A stretch of DNA of 64,000 nucleotides from Candidatus Latescibacterota bacterium (GTDB lineage: Bacteria > Latescibacterota > UBA2968 > SICM01). The stretch covers positions 1,408,001 to 1,472,000 of the forward strand of contig CBDCJO010000002.1 in the NCBI GenBank assembly GCA_965217865.1, given 5' to 3'. Positions 1-11,344 of this stretch are shown here, one piece after another (the stretch's first letter is position 1; every line of letters starts with the position of its first letter). The translations under genes and the position numbers were made by a program. Under the pieces are notes generated by a model. The model was not told where the DNA came from, made no database searches, and saw nothing but the letters and a program-made list of their open reading frames with translations.

Positions 1-191
1 ACAAGCTCCTGCGCTTCTTGACCGGGTCACTGTTTGAGGACAGTTGCTCCATCTTTACTCCTCCTGTGAGGTCAGGGATATCCCAAAATATGTATCCCTT
101 CTCAACCCTACAGGCAACCAGGATCTTGCTTCGACCTTGCCCCCGTTTTTTCGGGCGATCTCAGACAAAAGATAGTTGGAGGAGGATCGGC

Positions 192-1045
192 ATGCCCAAC
201 AGGAAGTACATCGTCCGTCTATGTTGCGATGAGCGGAAGCACTTGCAGGATCTGGTAAGCAAAGGCCGGACACAGGCCTACCGGATCCGACACGCACACA
301 TTCTGATGAAGGCCGACGCGGATGGCCCTTGCTGGGGCGACGAAGCCATCGCCCAAGCGTTTTCGTGCCACAGACGCACCGCGGAAGGCATTCGCAAGCG
401 CTTTGTGGTCCAAGGGCTCGACGCAGCCCTTGAGCGGAAGAAGCGGGAACGACCGCCCATCGAACCGATTCTGGACGGCGAAAAGGAAGCTCGCTTGATC
501 GCCCTGGCCTGCAGCCAGCCGCCGAAAGGTCGTAGCCGCTGGACGCTGGAGTTGCTCGCCGACAAGCTGGTTGAACTCAACATCGTCGAGAGCATCTCCT
601 ATCGGACCGTGCAACGGGCGCTCAAAAAAACGAACTCAAGCCCCATCTGAAAACGTGCTGGGTGATTCCGCCCAGGGAAAACGCCGCATTCGTAGCTTGC
701 ATGGAGAATCTTCTGGATCTGTATCACCGGCCCTATGATCCGGAAAGGCCGCTTTTGGCCATGGACGAACACCCCGTGCAGTTGACCGGAGAGACACGCA
801 TCCCGGTCCCGGAAAAACCGGGGCATCCCCGACGTTACGACTATGAGTATGAGCGTAACGGCACAGCCGCGAATTTCTTGTTCCTCGAGCCCCTGACCGG
901 ACGTCGGAAGGTCCACGTCCGGGAACGCAGGACCGCCGTAGACTGGGCTTACGAGATCCAGGAGCTGCTTGAGGTGGACTACCCGGATGCGCAAGTCGTG
1001 GTGCTGGTCTGCGACAACCTCAGCACTCACACCATCGCATCTTCG
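192..1045 (+). pseudogene. IS630-family transposase, two ORFs joined by a frameshift, 3'-truncated
   Basis: HTH ORF (MPNRKYIVRL...RWTLELLADKL) then DDE ORF (AMDEHP, DYEYERNGTAANF, VLVCDNLSTH); A7 slippery run CTCAAAAAAACG at 621-632; similarity stops after DNLSTH. Confidence 0.85.
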
Positions 1046-1485
1046 TCCAGGGCCGGAGTTTCCGAATCCGCCGACCGGATAGCCCCGCGCAACGTTTTTG
1101 CCTCCACTTTTTCTTGGAAGGAGGCCCCATGTGGTTTCCGCAAACGAGATGGCCCCCTTGCCCCGGAATCGCCCACAGGGCATCGGATTCTCCCCGTGTG
1201 CGACTTTATTCAGGAATCCGGGCAAATGTGCGGAACCTTCAGAAAAGCGACCGTGGGGGGGTATATGGGATAGTGGAGCGGGACAGTGGGCGACGCTCGC
1301 CGAAGAACGCTTGCCCTTCAGTATCCTGACGGCAATCACCACAAAAGTAATAGCCGAGCCTCATCGAACGCAGCTTCGTCGAGGAGCGACGCTGAACCGG
1401 TTGCGTGAAACTCACAGGACCTCCGGTTCTCTCCATCCGTGGATGCTGTAGCCCATCCGTGACCGTTCAAGAAAGGAGTCCGACC

Positions 1486-1956
1486 GTGAAGAAGAGCGTT
1501 TACCTGGCAAACCCCTACGGGTTTTCACAGCAGCAGAAACACGGGCTGCTTCCCGCCTTTGTAGAGGCGATCGGTTCGCTGGGAGCGGAGGTGTGGGAGC
1601 CCTTTCAGCGAAACAATCAGATCGGCTTCACCGCGTCCGGATGGGCATACAAGGTGGGACAGGCTGACCTGAAGGACGTTGTCGAGGCGGACGGTATTTT
1701 TGCGATCGTGAACGGCACCCCGCCCGACGAAGGCGTCATGGTAGAACTCGGCGTCGCGATCGGCCTCGGGAAGAAGACCTTCCTCTTCCGTGACGATTTA
1801 AGAAGATGTACAGACTCCGAAGTCTATCCCCTGAACCTCATGCTCTTCACCGGTCTCCCTGAATGGGGGTGGGAAGATTACTACTATACGTCTGTGAGGG
1901 AAATCTCTTCTCCGAAGAAGGCGCTGGCCCGGTGGCTGCGTGGTGAACTCGACTGA
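1486..1956 (+). CDS. nucleoside 2-deoxyribosyltransferase family protein
   Basis: VYLANPYGF, WEPF and DEGVMVELGVAIGLGK motifs; AAGGAG RBS before GTG at 1486. Confidence 0.8.
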   Translation: MKKSVYLANPYGFSQQQKHGLLPAFVEAIGSLGAEVWEPFQRNNQIGFTASGWAYKVGQADLKDVVEADGIFAIVNGTPPDEGVMVELGVAIGLGKKTFLFRDDLRRCTDSEVYPLNLMLFTGLPEWGWEDYYYTSVREISSPKKALARWLRGELD

Positions 1957-2025
1957 CCTCATACGAGACGCTATGGATGCCGAATGTTTACCTCGATGTC
2001 TCGCGATACTCGTCTGGCGCTCTAG

Positions 2026-3551
2026 CAGCCTGTTGAAAAAGTGCGTTTATGCCAAGATGACTGTTGTCTTTCCTTGTGGTTTGGTCCTATGATATATCAG
2101 GTTCAAACTGAGAAGGGAGGACGAGCAAATGGCAATGGGAAAACGAGGACGACAGAGACAGGAAAACCTGTTCATCGCATCGAACACTTTGGTGAAATCT
2201 CCGGGTCATCCGTTCTACGAGAAGCTGAATCAGGTATTGGGGGCGAACGGCTTCGACGAGTTCGTCGAGGGGCTTTGCCAGCGGTATTACGCTCCTCATA
2301 TGGGTCGCAAGGGCATTCCGCCCGGGGTTTATTTTCGGATGCTTTTGATTGGGTATTTCGAGGGACTTGATTCGGAACGTGGGATCGAATGGCGTGTATC
2401 TGACTCGCTGACGTTGCGCCGGTTTTTGGGGTATGCCCTTGACGAACAGACCCCGGATCATTCCAGCCTGTCTCGCATCCGGCATCGGCTTCCCTTGGAA
2501 GTTCACGAAGCGGTTTTCAAGTGGATCCTGAGGGTCTTGTGCAAAGCGGGTCTGGTGAAGGGGAAGACGTTGGGCGTGGATGCTACGACACTGGAGGCCA
2601 ACGCCGCGATGCGCAGCATTGTACGCCGTGACACGGGTGAAGGCTACCAGGCATTCCTTGAGAATCTGGCCAAGGCCTCGGGCATTGAAACGCCTACCCG
2701 CGAGGACTTGTCCAAGATCGATAAGAAGCGACCGAAGAAGGGATCGAACCAGGACTGGGAGCACCCGCACGACCCGGATGCCAAGATCGCTAAGATGAAG
2801 GACGGTCGCACGCACATGGCGCACAAGGTGGAGCACGCGGTGGATCTGGACACCAATGCCATTGTGGCAGTGGCGTTGTCGGGAGCAGATGAAGGAGATA
2901 CCGAGTCGTTGCCCTGGACGCTGCTCGAGGCGCAGCTCAATCTCAAGCAGGTCGCGAAGGACGAAAAAGCTGCTAAGCGTTTGCACAGACAGCGTATACG
3001 GGAGGTGGTTGCGGACAAAGGATATCATAGCAACGATGTATTGACCAGTCTGAAGCAAGGCGGCATCCGGAGTTACATTTCAGAACCGGATCGGGGACGC
3101 CGCAAGTGGAACGGCCGACGAGATGAGCAGGCCGCGGTATATGCGAATCGACGCCGGATCAAGGGAGATCGCGGCAAGGCCTTGCGCCGAAGTCGTGCAG
3201 AACGGGTGGAAAGAACCATCGCTCACACATATGATACCGGTGGCATGCGCAGGTTGCACTTGAGAGACCGCGGCAATATCCTCAAGCGTTTGCTGATCCA
3301 CATCGGGGGCTGCAACCTGGCTCTGCTCATGCGCAAAGTGATGGGCGTAGGTACTCCGAAGGCCCTCCAGGACCTGGCCAAGGCCTTGCAGCGTCTACTG
3401 CTCGTCCTACAATCACGTTTGCTGCCCTCGGTCACCTTTTTAACCTCTTATCAGCGTCTCCTGCTCAATCTCCTTACCTTGATTTATCTGACCCGCACTC
3501 CAGGCGTCTTTTCCGTTTATGTGCGTTGAAAGGTAGTTCTTCAACGGGCTG
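2026..3551 (+). mobile_element. IS1182/IS5-like IS, copy 1 (transposase 2129-3529)
   Basis: Terminal IRs CAGCCTGTTGAAAAA / TTCTTCAACGGGCTG, CTAG on both flanks; DDE motifs GVDATT, VADKGY, VERTIAH. Confidence 0.92.
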
Positions 3552-5393
3552 CTAGTCCTAAAATAAGCGAATAGGCTTGTTGAGCGGTGTGTTATACAAG
3601 ATTTCGGAGCATTTCAGACTTGTGACTTGGTGGAGATGATGTCTGGGCTGTTTTTGTGATTGTTTCGGCATGCGATTGTCTAATTAACTGAGTTTGCGGA
3701 CGTGTTTTAGCCGGGGTGGACGGACTTGTCCCTGTGATGTTACGACGACAGGTGCTGACATGGCAGTCAGGCCGGTTTGAGCCATCTGATTCTGTTCCAG
3801 GCCGGGAAGAAGTCAGTCATCCACCGGTTGTAGCCCAAGACACGATAGATGATCTGTCTTCCCCGGGTCACGATCTGGCAGGGGATCCAGATCAGATTCT
3901 GGAGGAAGGCGCGAAACTCCATTCTCAGAAGTTGATCGCGACGCTCACGCTTTCGGATCATCAACGCGAACCAGGCTTTGAGGTTCCACGCCAGGGCGGT
4001 CATGACCATGTAAGCCCAGTTGCTCATCAGGTTGTCGACGGGCATCCGCATGGCGTTGACCCCGTTCTTGAGTTGTTCAATCACGTTTTCCTGATCGCAC
4101 CGTCGATTGGCCAGCCTCACGATTTCCGCGGCCGTAAGATCTTTGCGGGTGGTAATGTAGAAGAAATAGCGCTTGTCATCGAACAGGGCGTTTTCGCCGC
4201 GTTCGACGCTCAGGTTCTTTTCGAGGATCACGAGTCGATAGGTCTTCTTGCATCGAGCAGGACGATACGAAACCCCGGCAACACGTTCACTGGCAAGTCG
4301 GATGTTTTTGAAGCCGCGCTCCCGGATGATCCGGGCTTTCACGTTCTCGCGTTTCTGTCTCTGGGAGGTCTTGACCTGGTATTTGGGTTGTCGTTCAAAG
4401 GGCTCCCAATCGCTCTGTGACAGGGATTTGGCGATCTTGACCAATCCTCTGTAAGCATCCATGCCGAAGACGAAGTCGACCTTTTCCGACCAACGATCGA
4501 AGTGCCGGGTGAGTGAGAAGCCGGTGTCTCCGCGCAGGCAGATGCGTTTGGCGAAAGGGGCGACCAGCGCGATGGCGCGATCGATCCACTTTACGGCACC
4601 GTCGTGGCTGGGCACATTGCCGGGTCGATTCACAAGAAACAACACCTCCCTGGTGTTCGCCAGAGAGACCACGAGAGGATGGTATCCCCAGATACCGTTG
4701 TATGACAGGGCCATGCCCTGCTTGCGTTCTCCGAGAGTGGTGGCCAGGGTGCCGTCGATGTCGATGAGGGCTTCTTTGAGTTCGCCCCTGGCGCGCTTTT
4801 TCCAGATCCGGGTGCGCACCCGGTTGATGCAATCCATCAACGTCTCGATATCCGATGGCCGGAAACGACGTGTAAAGTCGCCTGCTGTGGTCGGATCCGG
4901 GAGACGCTGAGCGCCCAAAGCGTTCAGGAACGTGGCATCCTGCCGGCGCAGTTCAATGTCTTCAAGGCGTTGACCACCAACCAGCGCATTGTAGGCGATG
5001 TTCAGAACGTGGTCTGATTCGTGATAGGGCAAATGCACTTTCAAAAGATGAAGATGACGGTCAATCTCTTTCACCAGCCCAACCCTGCGGACCAGGTGGT
5101 GAAACGCGCCGATCCCCCCACACGTGATCGCCTCGGCCTTCCCACTCATCTCGTAGTGGATGTTTCCCCCAGACATCATAGGCTTGACCTGACTGCACCA
5201 CTGCTTCCGACGCAAACGACGGACAATTCGTGCTTCCCTGTTCCGAAGAATCTTCCTGTATTCTCTCATCTGAAATGCCCCTTTTTGATGGCCTCTTTTT
5301 GTCTTTCATACTACAACTATAGGCCTGAAAACTGGGGCATTTCAACTTTTTTCTACTAAAACCAAGAAAAATTCACGCTTGTATAGGGGCTAG
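3552..5393 (-). mobile_element. IS1380-family IS, copy 1 (transposase 3767-5269)
   Basis: IDIDGT, GYHPL, LRGDTGF, ENVIEQLKNG motifs; imperfect IRs CCTAAAATAAGCG / CGCTTGTATAGG with CTAG flanks; abuts the right end of the IS1182-like copy. Confidence 0.9.
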
Positions 5394-5472
5394 TCTCACG
5401 AAAAAGCTCCAATGCGGTCAAGTCTTAAGCGTCCTGCAAAATGCAAGCCTTCAACTGGAGGTCCAGTGAGGT

Positions 5473-6134
5473 TCACGCAACGGCTACCATTTCAGCCGGT
5501 GGTGCGATCTGTCGTTCCTCATAGAGCAGCTGGAGCTGGAGCAGTTCGGTGGACGTGATGTTGATATTCTGCCACCTGGCAGCGGCACGGATGAGAACAG
5601 CATAGACGAGCTTCAGGCAACTCTTTTCGGAGAAGAATCGCGGCAATGTTTTGGTTCGGCGGCGTTCCTCGACAAAGCTGCGTTCGATCAGGTTGGTAGT
5701 GCGGGCGAACTTCCGGAGTCGCCAGGGAAGCTGGAGGTGTGCGAGGAGAGCTTCGAGGTCCTCCGTGAGACACTTGCACAGACCGGGGAACTCCTTGCTG
5801 AACTTCTCCAGAAACTCTCGCACCGCACTTTGGCCGGCCTGAAGATCCGGGGCGTCACGAATCATCACCAGATACGGCTTGATCTCATGCCAGCGCGCAT
5901 CGGGCACCTTGGCTGCAAAGTTGCGCATCCGATGCACCCAGCAGCGTCGAAGCGGCTCGTACAGGCCGTCCAGGAACAGGCACAGGAGAGGAAAGTCGCT
6001 GAGATCGCGTTCCTGGAAGGCCTGGTATTGTTCCCAAAGGACTTCGGTGACTTCGCTGACCTTGCTGCGGCTAAGCAGGCAACGCCCCTGCTCATCAGTG
6101 AAGGCGTCCTCGATGTCCCGGGTAGGCAGTCCAC
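5473..6134 (-). pseudogene. IS256-family transposase fragment, 5'-truncated and internally deleted
   Basis: RCWVHRMRN and RTTNLIERSFVEERRRTK motifs; LFLDGLYEPL joined directly to RCWVH implies an internal deletion. Confidence 0.8.
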
Positions 6135-6311
6135 GCGCATCGGGTCTGCCTCCAGCTCATCACGCCAGCGCCGGATCGCCCCCTGGTATAATCCCAGGTC
6201 CCGTTCTATCTGCCGGTCCGTCTTTCCACTGGTGTCAGCCAGACGCACCGACTCTCTCTTGAACTCAGAATCATACCGCTTTCCCGGATGTGAAGTTCCT
6301 TGACCTTTCAT
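6135..6311 (-). pseudogene. IS3-family OrfA fragment
   Basis: MKGQGTSHPGKRYDSEFKRESVRL...IERDLGL...IRRW HTH pattern, GGAGG RBS; fused to the IS256 fragment. Confidence 0.7.
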
Positions 6312-6505
6312 AGACACACCTCCTATACCTACAAAATATACTACCTCTTGGTGTGTCCACGGGCAGTGCTTTGCTTGCCGAGCTTGAATCGCACCTGGCG
6401 AGAAGTCGTCAACGGAGTGTCCAAAAACTTCCCCGAATGGTAGAACGGACATGAGTGTTTTCCCTCCACAAGAAAAGCGGGTTGTAAACGTCGCCAGTAA
6501 GCGCT

Positions 6506-7144
6506 GTGTGGCGCGTTCTGGCGCATGGTAATGCCGAGGCTTTAGCTGAACGGATTCTTGACTATCCCATTGAGCGCGAACGAGCCAGAAGCGATTTATC
6601 GAAAGATCCGGAAAGCGATTTAGACCACGCCTTTCAAACGATTCTTCGCAACCGAGTGCAAAGGGGCGGTATCATGGCACCGGGAGCCAGCCTAATGAAA
6701 TCGGGCGAGAATGGAGCTGGCATCGCCTCAAGGTGGTATCCGGAAACACTCGCGAGACGAATTAGGGATATCTCCCGACACCGAGACCGACTGACTTTCT
6801 GTTCTGGTGATGCTTTCGATCTGATTCCAAAGCATCTGCGGCAAAAACGAACGGCGTTCTTTGTCGATCCTCCCTATACAGCCAGCACTAAACGAGCAGG
6901 GAAGCGGCTGTATGGTCACAACGACGTTGACCATGATAGACTGTTTGACTTGATGGCAAAGGCCCACGGCCGGGCGATGCTCACCTACGACGACGCACCA
7001 GAAGTCAGGGCGCTGGCTGACGGTCACGGATTCCATATTGACGAAGTGCCGATGAAGAACACCCACAACAGAAATATGTTCGAGTTGGCGATTACCAATT
7101 ACGTGGCAAGGCGTTTCGTCCGGCGGGCGACGTGCACCTTATAG
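6506..7144 (+). pseudogene. DNA adenine methyltransferase (Dam/D12-like), N-terminus missing
   Basis: FFVDPPY catalytic motif and LTYDD; no SAM-binding EPFxG motif; begins right after an IS-like end. Confidence 0.7.
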
Positions 7145-7525
7145 ATGGGCTGCTGCTGCCGCTCTGGTCGACAAAATAGGTTCTAATGATCCAAAACAAC
7201 AACATTACATTCCAAAGTTTTTTCTCAAAAACTTTTGTGATGATCAGGGCTTACTTTGGATAGGTGATAGGATCAGAGGAACGGTTTTCAATTCGTCACC
7301 CAATGTGCTTTATGAGCAGCAATTGACATGAAAAGAAGGTTTCTATAAGGTATCCAACCTTCGTAACTATTAGATTCATAATCTTGTCTTGTTAATTGCG
7401 TGTCGCTGTAAAAGACACTTCTATAAAATCTGAAAAAGGAAGCAAGGTTGATATAGTTTTAGGTAATTAGGAAGATATTGGTACGAGATTCACCAGATAT
7501 GAAGCAATAATTAGTTTGAAGGAAA

Positions 7526-7759
7526 TTAGGAAAAAGCCTCTTTCTGGTTTGCCCATGCTGTTACCCAAACGGGCACTTCTCTCGATTTGACTTCGCCGAC
7601 GCCTTCGACCATGTGCTTCCAAGCCGCAACGTCGTCCATCGAGGAGATAAAACCTTCGACGAATAACTCCAGTTCCTCCTCGGTATAAGGTGTCTTTCTA
7701 TCATTCCTGGAATCGATCCAGTTAGGCTCCCCACAACGTTTCTCAGGATCTTGTGTCAT
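7526..7759 (-). CDS. small hypothetical protein
   Basis: 77 aa ORF with GAGG RBS, array orientation. Confidence 0.45.
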   Translation of the reverse strand: MTQDPEKRCGEPNWIDSRNDRKTPYTEEELELFVEGFISSMDDVAAWKHMVEGVGEVKSREVPVWVTAWANQKEAFS

Positions 7760-8010
7760 GTCTGTCCTCTCTCAATTCCGTCTTTGCCCTTACGGATTGC
7801 ATCTCCTTTGTCAAACTCAAACCAGTTGACCGATTGCTTCCGCCGGGCCTTATGAATGATGCGCGAAGATCAGATCTGTCTCATTGAGCTTGGCAAGCAG
7901 ATCCTTCCGCTTCGTGGCCAGGACTTTCAAACGTCTTCGCTTATATGGGGCAACCTGCTTATCTTCACGATGGTTTTCCAGATAGGCGGTAAAGGAGAGG
8001 ACCGGCCAGA

Positions 8011-8275
8011 ATGGGCCATTTCTGCAGGATTTGTGGTCGTTCTCAACCTAACGAGAAGTTCAAAGGCAAAGGTCATCGGGCTCATGTCTGTAAGGACTGT
8101 GCACGTATGCCCAAAGGAGGATCGCGAGGCTATCGAACAGGAAAACGAGATCTTTGGTTTCCTTACTCAGTCGCACATCTCGTCTAAGAACGTTTCCCGA
8201 CTCAGGAAGCTCGCATCCTCGCAGAATGACAGGATTTCGGAATTGGCTGACATAGTTCTGGAAGTTGAGCATGTG
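8011..8275 (+). pseudogene. CxxC-containing hypothetical protein, frameshifted and truncated
   Basis: MGHFCRICGRSQPNEKFKGKGHRAHVCKDC shifts frame near 8113 into EDREAIEQENEIFGFL; ends at a G-run. Confidence 0.55.
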
Positions 8276-8346
8276 CAAATCGGGGGGGGAAGGGATGTTG
8301 GTTTTGTTCCCCTATACTTCCCGTTTCACACAAAATACAACATGGC

Positions 8347-8428
8347 GCTTAACGGTTAACAATTCACGACAGTCCCGAAGGGATGTGCCGGAGCCAAGCG
8401 CCGAATGGCGCGCAGCGTTGTATTGCAC
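8347..8428 (-). repeat. degenerate attC-like site (R' half retained)
   Basis: - strand ends GTGAATTGTTAACC-GTTAAGC; interior aligns with 44899-44979. Confidence 0.55.
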
Positions 8429-8591
8429 CTTTCATCCTGCTTCTGGTTCAGATCCAAAACGCAATACATGACCATCCGGATCTTCAACATTGACTTCCAA
8501 CGCCCATGGCCTGTACAGAAATAATCCGTATTTTTTTCTCACGATAGGTGATGATACCTGACCAGTGTTCTAAAGACAGTGAGTTGCCCGT

Positions 8592-9089
8592 CTAAACCGA
8601 ATCGCACACACTGAGCTCTTGGAAAACCATCCTGGGTTTCTTGTACTCGAGATATGAAAGCCGGACTTCGTTCAAGATGAACGACAGGTCATAAGGCGAT
8701 ATGTCCTGATTTACGAGCCGCGACCTGGCTTGGAGAATGAGTTCATCCATCGAACCGGTAACAGAACGGTTAAGTGCTTTCGAGAAAGAGATGTTACCCA
8801 TTGCCGGGGTGATGAGTCTCTGATAAATGAGCTTGTTCCCGTCATCCTGAATGAACTCTCCCATGTAGCTCGTAAGTCGATCCAGGAGTTGGAAGTCAGT
8901 GGTAATACCTCTTCCAAACATCACCATCGAATACATGGAGACGGTGTTCGAGATGAGAATGTACTGGGCGCGATCGGCGGTGAACAGATGGGTGGACCAA
9001 TCGGCAAAGGGGTTTGGGTCGACAGGCAAGGATGTTTCGCAAGCAAAGTGAATCTTCTTCTGCATCTTGGTTGAGATTCGGAAAATCAT
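8592..9089 (-). CDS. DUF6933-like hypothetical protein
   Basis: NPFADWSTHLFTADRAQYILISN and NRSVTGSM pattern; lies directly downstream of an attC-like site. Confidence 0.6.
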   Translation of the reverse strand: MIFRISTKMQKKIHFACETSLPVDPNPFADWSTHLFTADRAQYILISNTVSMYSMVMFGRGITTDFQLLDRLTSYMGEFIQDDGNKLIYQRLITPAMGNISFSKALNRSVTGSMDELILQARSRLVNQDISPYDLSFILNEVRLSYLEYKKPRMVFQELSVCDSV

Positions 9090-9140
9090 GCTTTCTTCAG
9101 GCTTGTAGATTCGCCTCGCTGTTGTTGAGGCTGGCATTTC

Positions 9141-9220
9141 CGATAACGATTTCCGCCGTGCGCGAACAGGTTGGGTCGAAGGGAGCGAATCGACCGGACC
9201 CGGGCACGGTCGTGTTAACT
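9141..9220 (-). repeat. attC-like site
   Basis: - strand AGTTAAC...CCGTGC...GGTCGA/TCGACC...GCACGG...GTTATCG, 80 bp imperfect palindrome. Confidence 0.65.
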
Positions 9221-9317
9221 GCTGTGCCGCTTCTTGATCTTGGGAAGGAGTAGGGTGGCAGAGTCAACGGTTTGTTTCCATTTATCATGCTGACCATCCA
9301 CCCGTAGAGACGATTCA

Positions 9318-9378
9318 CTCAAACGACGCGCGCTCCCAACTTGCAGAAATTGGGAGCGCAGGATTACGCGCGTTAAGT
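9318..9378 (-). repeat. attC-like site
   Basis: - strand ACTTAAC...GCGCTCCCAA/TTGGGAGCGC...GTTTGAG, 61 bp, just downstream of the HTH gene. Confidence 0.55.
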
Positions 9379-9422
9379 GTCCCTCTTGATCAAGAGTCGT
9401 AACTGTCTATCACGTCCAATCT

Positions 9423-9797
9423 TCAGACGAATTTCTCAACGGATATCCTGAATAGCTTCGCAAGCTTCCGAGCAGTCTTCAGGCTGATCGCCCTGGTTCC
9501 TCTCTCCATATTTGATATGTGTTGACGAGGAATGCCCCCAAGCATCTCTCCTAGCTTGGCCTGAGTCAAACCGTGATTCTCACGGTAGATCCGTAGGTTT
9601 TCGCCCGGCTTCGTGCTTGTTTTGATTTCCCGGTACCAGTCGGTCTCGAAGATATTGACGGTCTCTTCGTCGCTCTCTTCCTCTTCCGAGAGCTTAATTT
9701 TCTCGCCATACCCTTCTTCCAGGACGGAAAGCAGCTTCTTCGGAATCTCTCCAGTGATCTTGATCTCAATACGGGGCGTCTTCACGACTGCCTGCAT
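9423..9797 (-). CDS. XRE-family HTH antitoxin-like protein
   Basis: GLTQAKLGEMLGGIPRQHISNMERG HTH; start overlaps the 3' end of a toxin-like frame. Confidence 0.85.
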   Translation of the reverse strand: MQAVVKTPRIEIKITGEIPKKLLSVLEEGYGEKIKLSEEEESDEETVNIFETDWYREIKTSTKPGENLRIYRENHGLTQAKLGEMLGGIPRQHISNMERGTRAISLKTARKLAKLFRISVEKFV

Positions 9798-9965
9798 AGT
9801 ATACCTCGATGGTTTTGGAACCTCTCTTGTAGGACCAGCAGGCTACCCAACCTGGCGAAAGGTGATAATGATACTGATCTGGTCCAAGTTTGCTGTAGTT
9901 AGGCCAATCGCCTCTGTTCGGTCCCCTATCTCGCAGGTCTTCAACAAGGTTGGTTTCTGCGATCC
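9766..9965 (-). pseudogene. RelE/HigB-like toxin, 5'-truncated
   Basis: Frame reads DWPNYSKLGPDQYHYHL...WVACW...IEVYYAGSREDAPY*; upstream in-frame stop and no start codon. Confidence 0.65.
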
Positions 9966-10079
9966 CTTTATCTGGCCGATCCGTCTACCGACCACGGCGG
10001 GCCAGACACCCTGACAGAGCCTCTCGGCAGCCGCCGTCACGCGATCCGCGCATGGTCTTTGCTCGGCCCGCAGGAACGC

Positions 10080-10628
10080 TCAAGCGTGAATGGGGTTGTC
10101 GCGATTCGTCCATTCCATGAACCAACAACGACCTGGATAATGCCATGACGGATAATTTGATATTCGGAACACGAAACCATAGTCGTCAGCAAAATCATTG
10201 AGCTGATCCATCTCTTCATTTAGTAGCCGGGGGTAGGGTTGTGAGACTGCAATTTCTGGCTTCCCCGAGCGACTCCATATCGAGGCGTGATCCCATGCAG
10301 GTGGTGTTCTAGGCCAACCATCTGGCGGCGTTGTCCCCCAAGAACCCTTAGGTGACGACGCACCGACTATCTTCCACCAGCATCGAACCGTTTTTCTGGA
10401 AAGCTCGACACCAAGCGGATCAGCCCAATGCTTCTGCAATGTCCGCCTTGACCTCTCTACGCTGTTGTTTCCTTCCCTCACCGCATTTGCCACAAGAACT
10501 TGATCCACGCTCAAGTTCTCAGCACTCAACACTTGTGCATCAGCATCATCCAGAAATTGCCCCAAGAACTCCTTGCTTGCTCGACCCAGTGGGGAAACCT
10601 CTGAAAATCTCTCCCCTTTTCTGAACAT
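10080..10628 (-). CDS. hypothetical protein
   Basis: 182 aa ORF with WDH and SWHYPG segments, array orientation. Confidence 0.5.
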   Translation of the reverse strand: MFRKGERFSEVSPLGRASKEFLGQFLDDADAQVLSAENLSVDQVLVANAVREGNNSVERSRRTLQKHWADPLGVELSRKTVRCWWKIVGASSPKGSWGTTPPDGWPRTPPAWDHASIWSRSGKPEIAVSQPYPRLLNEEMDQLNDFADDYGFVFRISNYPSWHYPGRCWFMEWTNRDNPIHA

Positions 10629-10970
10629 TTCTATCGTCTCCGGTTGCCAGAACGAGCCACTCGCGTGGAGGGCATGCAGCTATTCGTCGGTTCCATACGG
10701 CCCGAGGAGCCGCTCACCATTGCGCCCCAATGTATGAAGTGGGCAGGAACCGCACAGGCTGCACCGTCGACCTGCTTGACAAGGCTCTTCATCTCACGAA
10801 TGAGCGCAGCTGCTTCCCGCCGTTCGGCGGTCGCCGCGGCGGTGCATCCGGCAGCGGATGACCGGCACGGCATCCCGTTCCCAGTTCGCCTGATGGGTTT
10901 CCCTTCATTTACCAATCTGTCACTACAAACGGAGATTCGGACAGCTTGAACTGACTGGCAAAGAAGTGCT

Positions 10971-11344
10971 TCAGCGCTTGATCATCAAATTGCTTGCTAC
11001 CGAAAATTCTATATTGACAGCATCAACCTGGTGCAGGCGGCAATTAATTAGTTCCGCCGCGTCGATATCGAATAGCACGATGTTATGGCCGTTCTCGCCA
11101 AAATTGCTCCGATAGGCGATGCCATCAAAATTCGCCTTTTTGAATAACTCGGCGATGATCTGTGTTGCCGCATAATCGGCCATATTGTCGCTGTCGATCA
11201 TTGGCGAGGCGAAGGCCTGGTCAATATAGGACCATACGGCCTTCTCGATATCTTCCGGCGGTGGTTCTTCAAGGTAGATAAGACGGTGGCCATGGTCGTG
11301 TGAACAGTCGATGATTTCCAGCCTGCGGAGGAGCTTGAATTTCG
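10971..11344 (-). pseudogene. RES-domain protein C-terminal fragment
   Basis: DYAATQIIAELFK...FDGIAYRS...NIVLF motif; cut by IS1380 copy 2. Confidence 0.8.

Noticed and set aside
2087-3058. 323-aa antisense ORF and other small ORFs repeated in each IS copy
   Set aside because: Shadow frames of transposases; they recur only because the IS is repeated.
5865-6452. 195-aa ORF as a real gene
   Set aside because: Chimera of IS3 orfA and an off-frame IS256 fragment.
7150-7520. AT-rich stretch as a coding region
   Set aside because: Stops in the frames examined and no recognisable motif; probably a decayed fragment.
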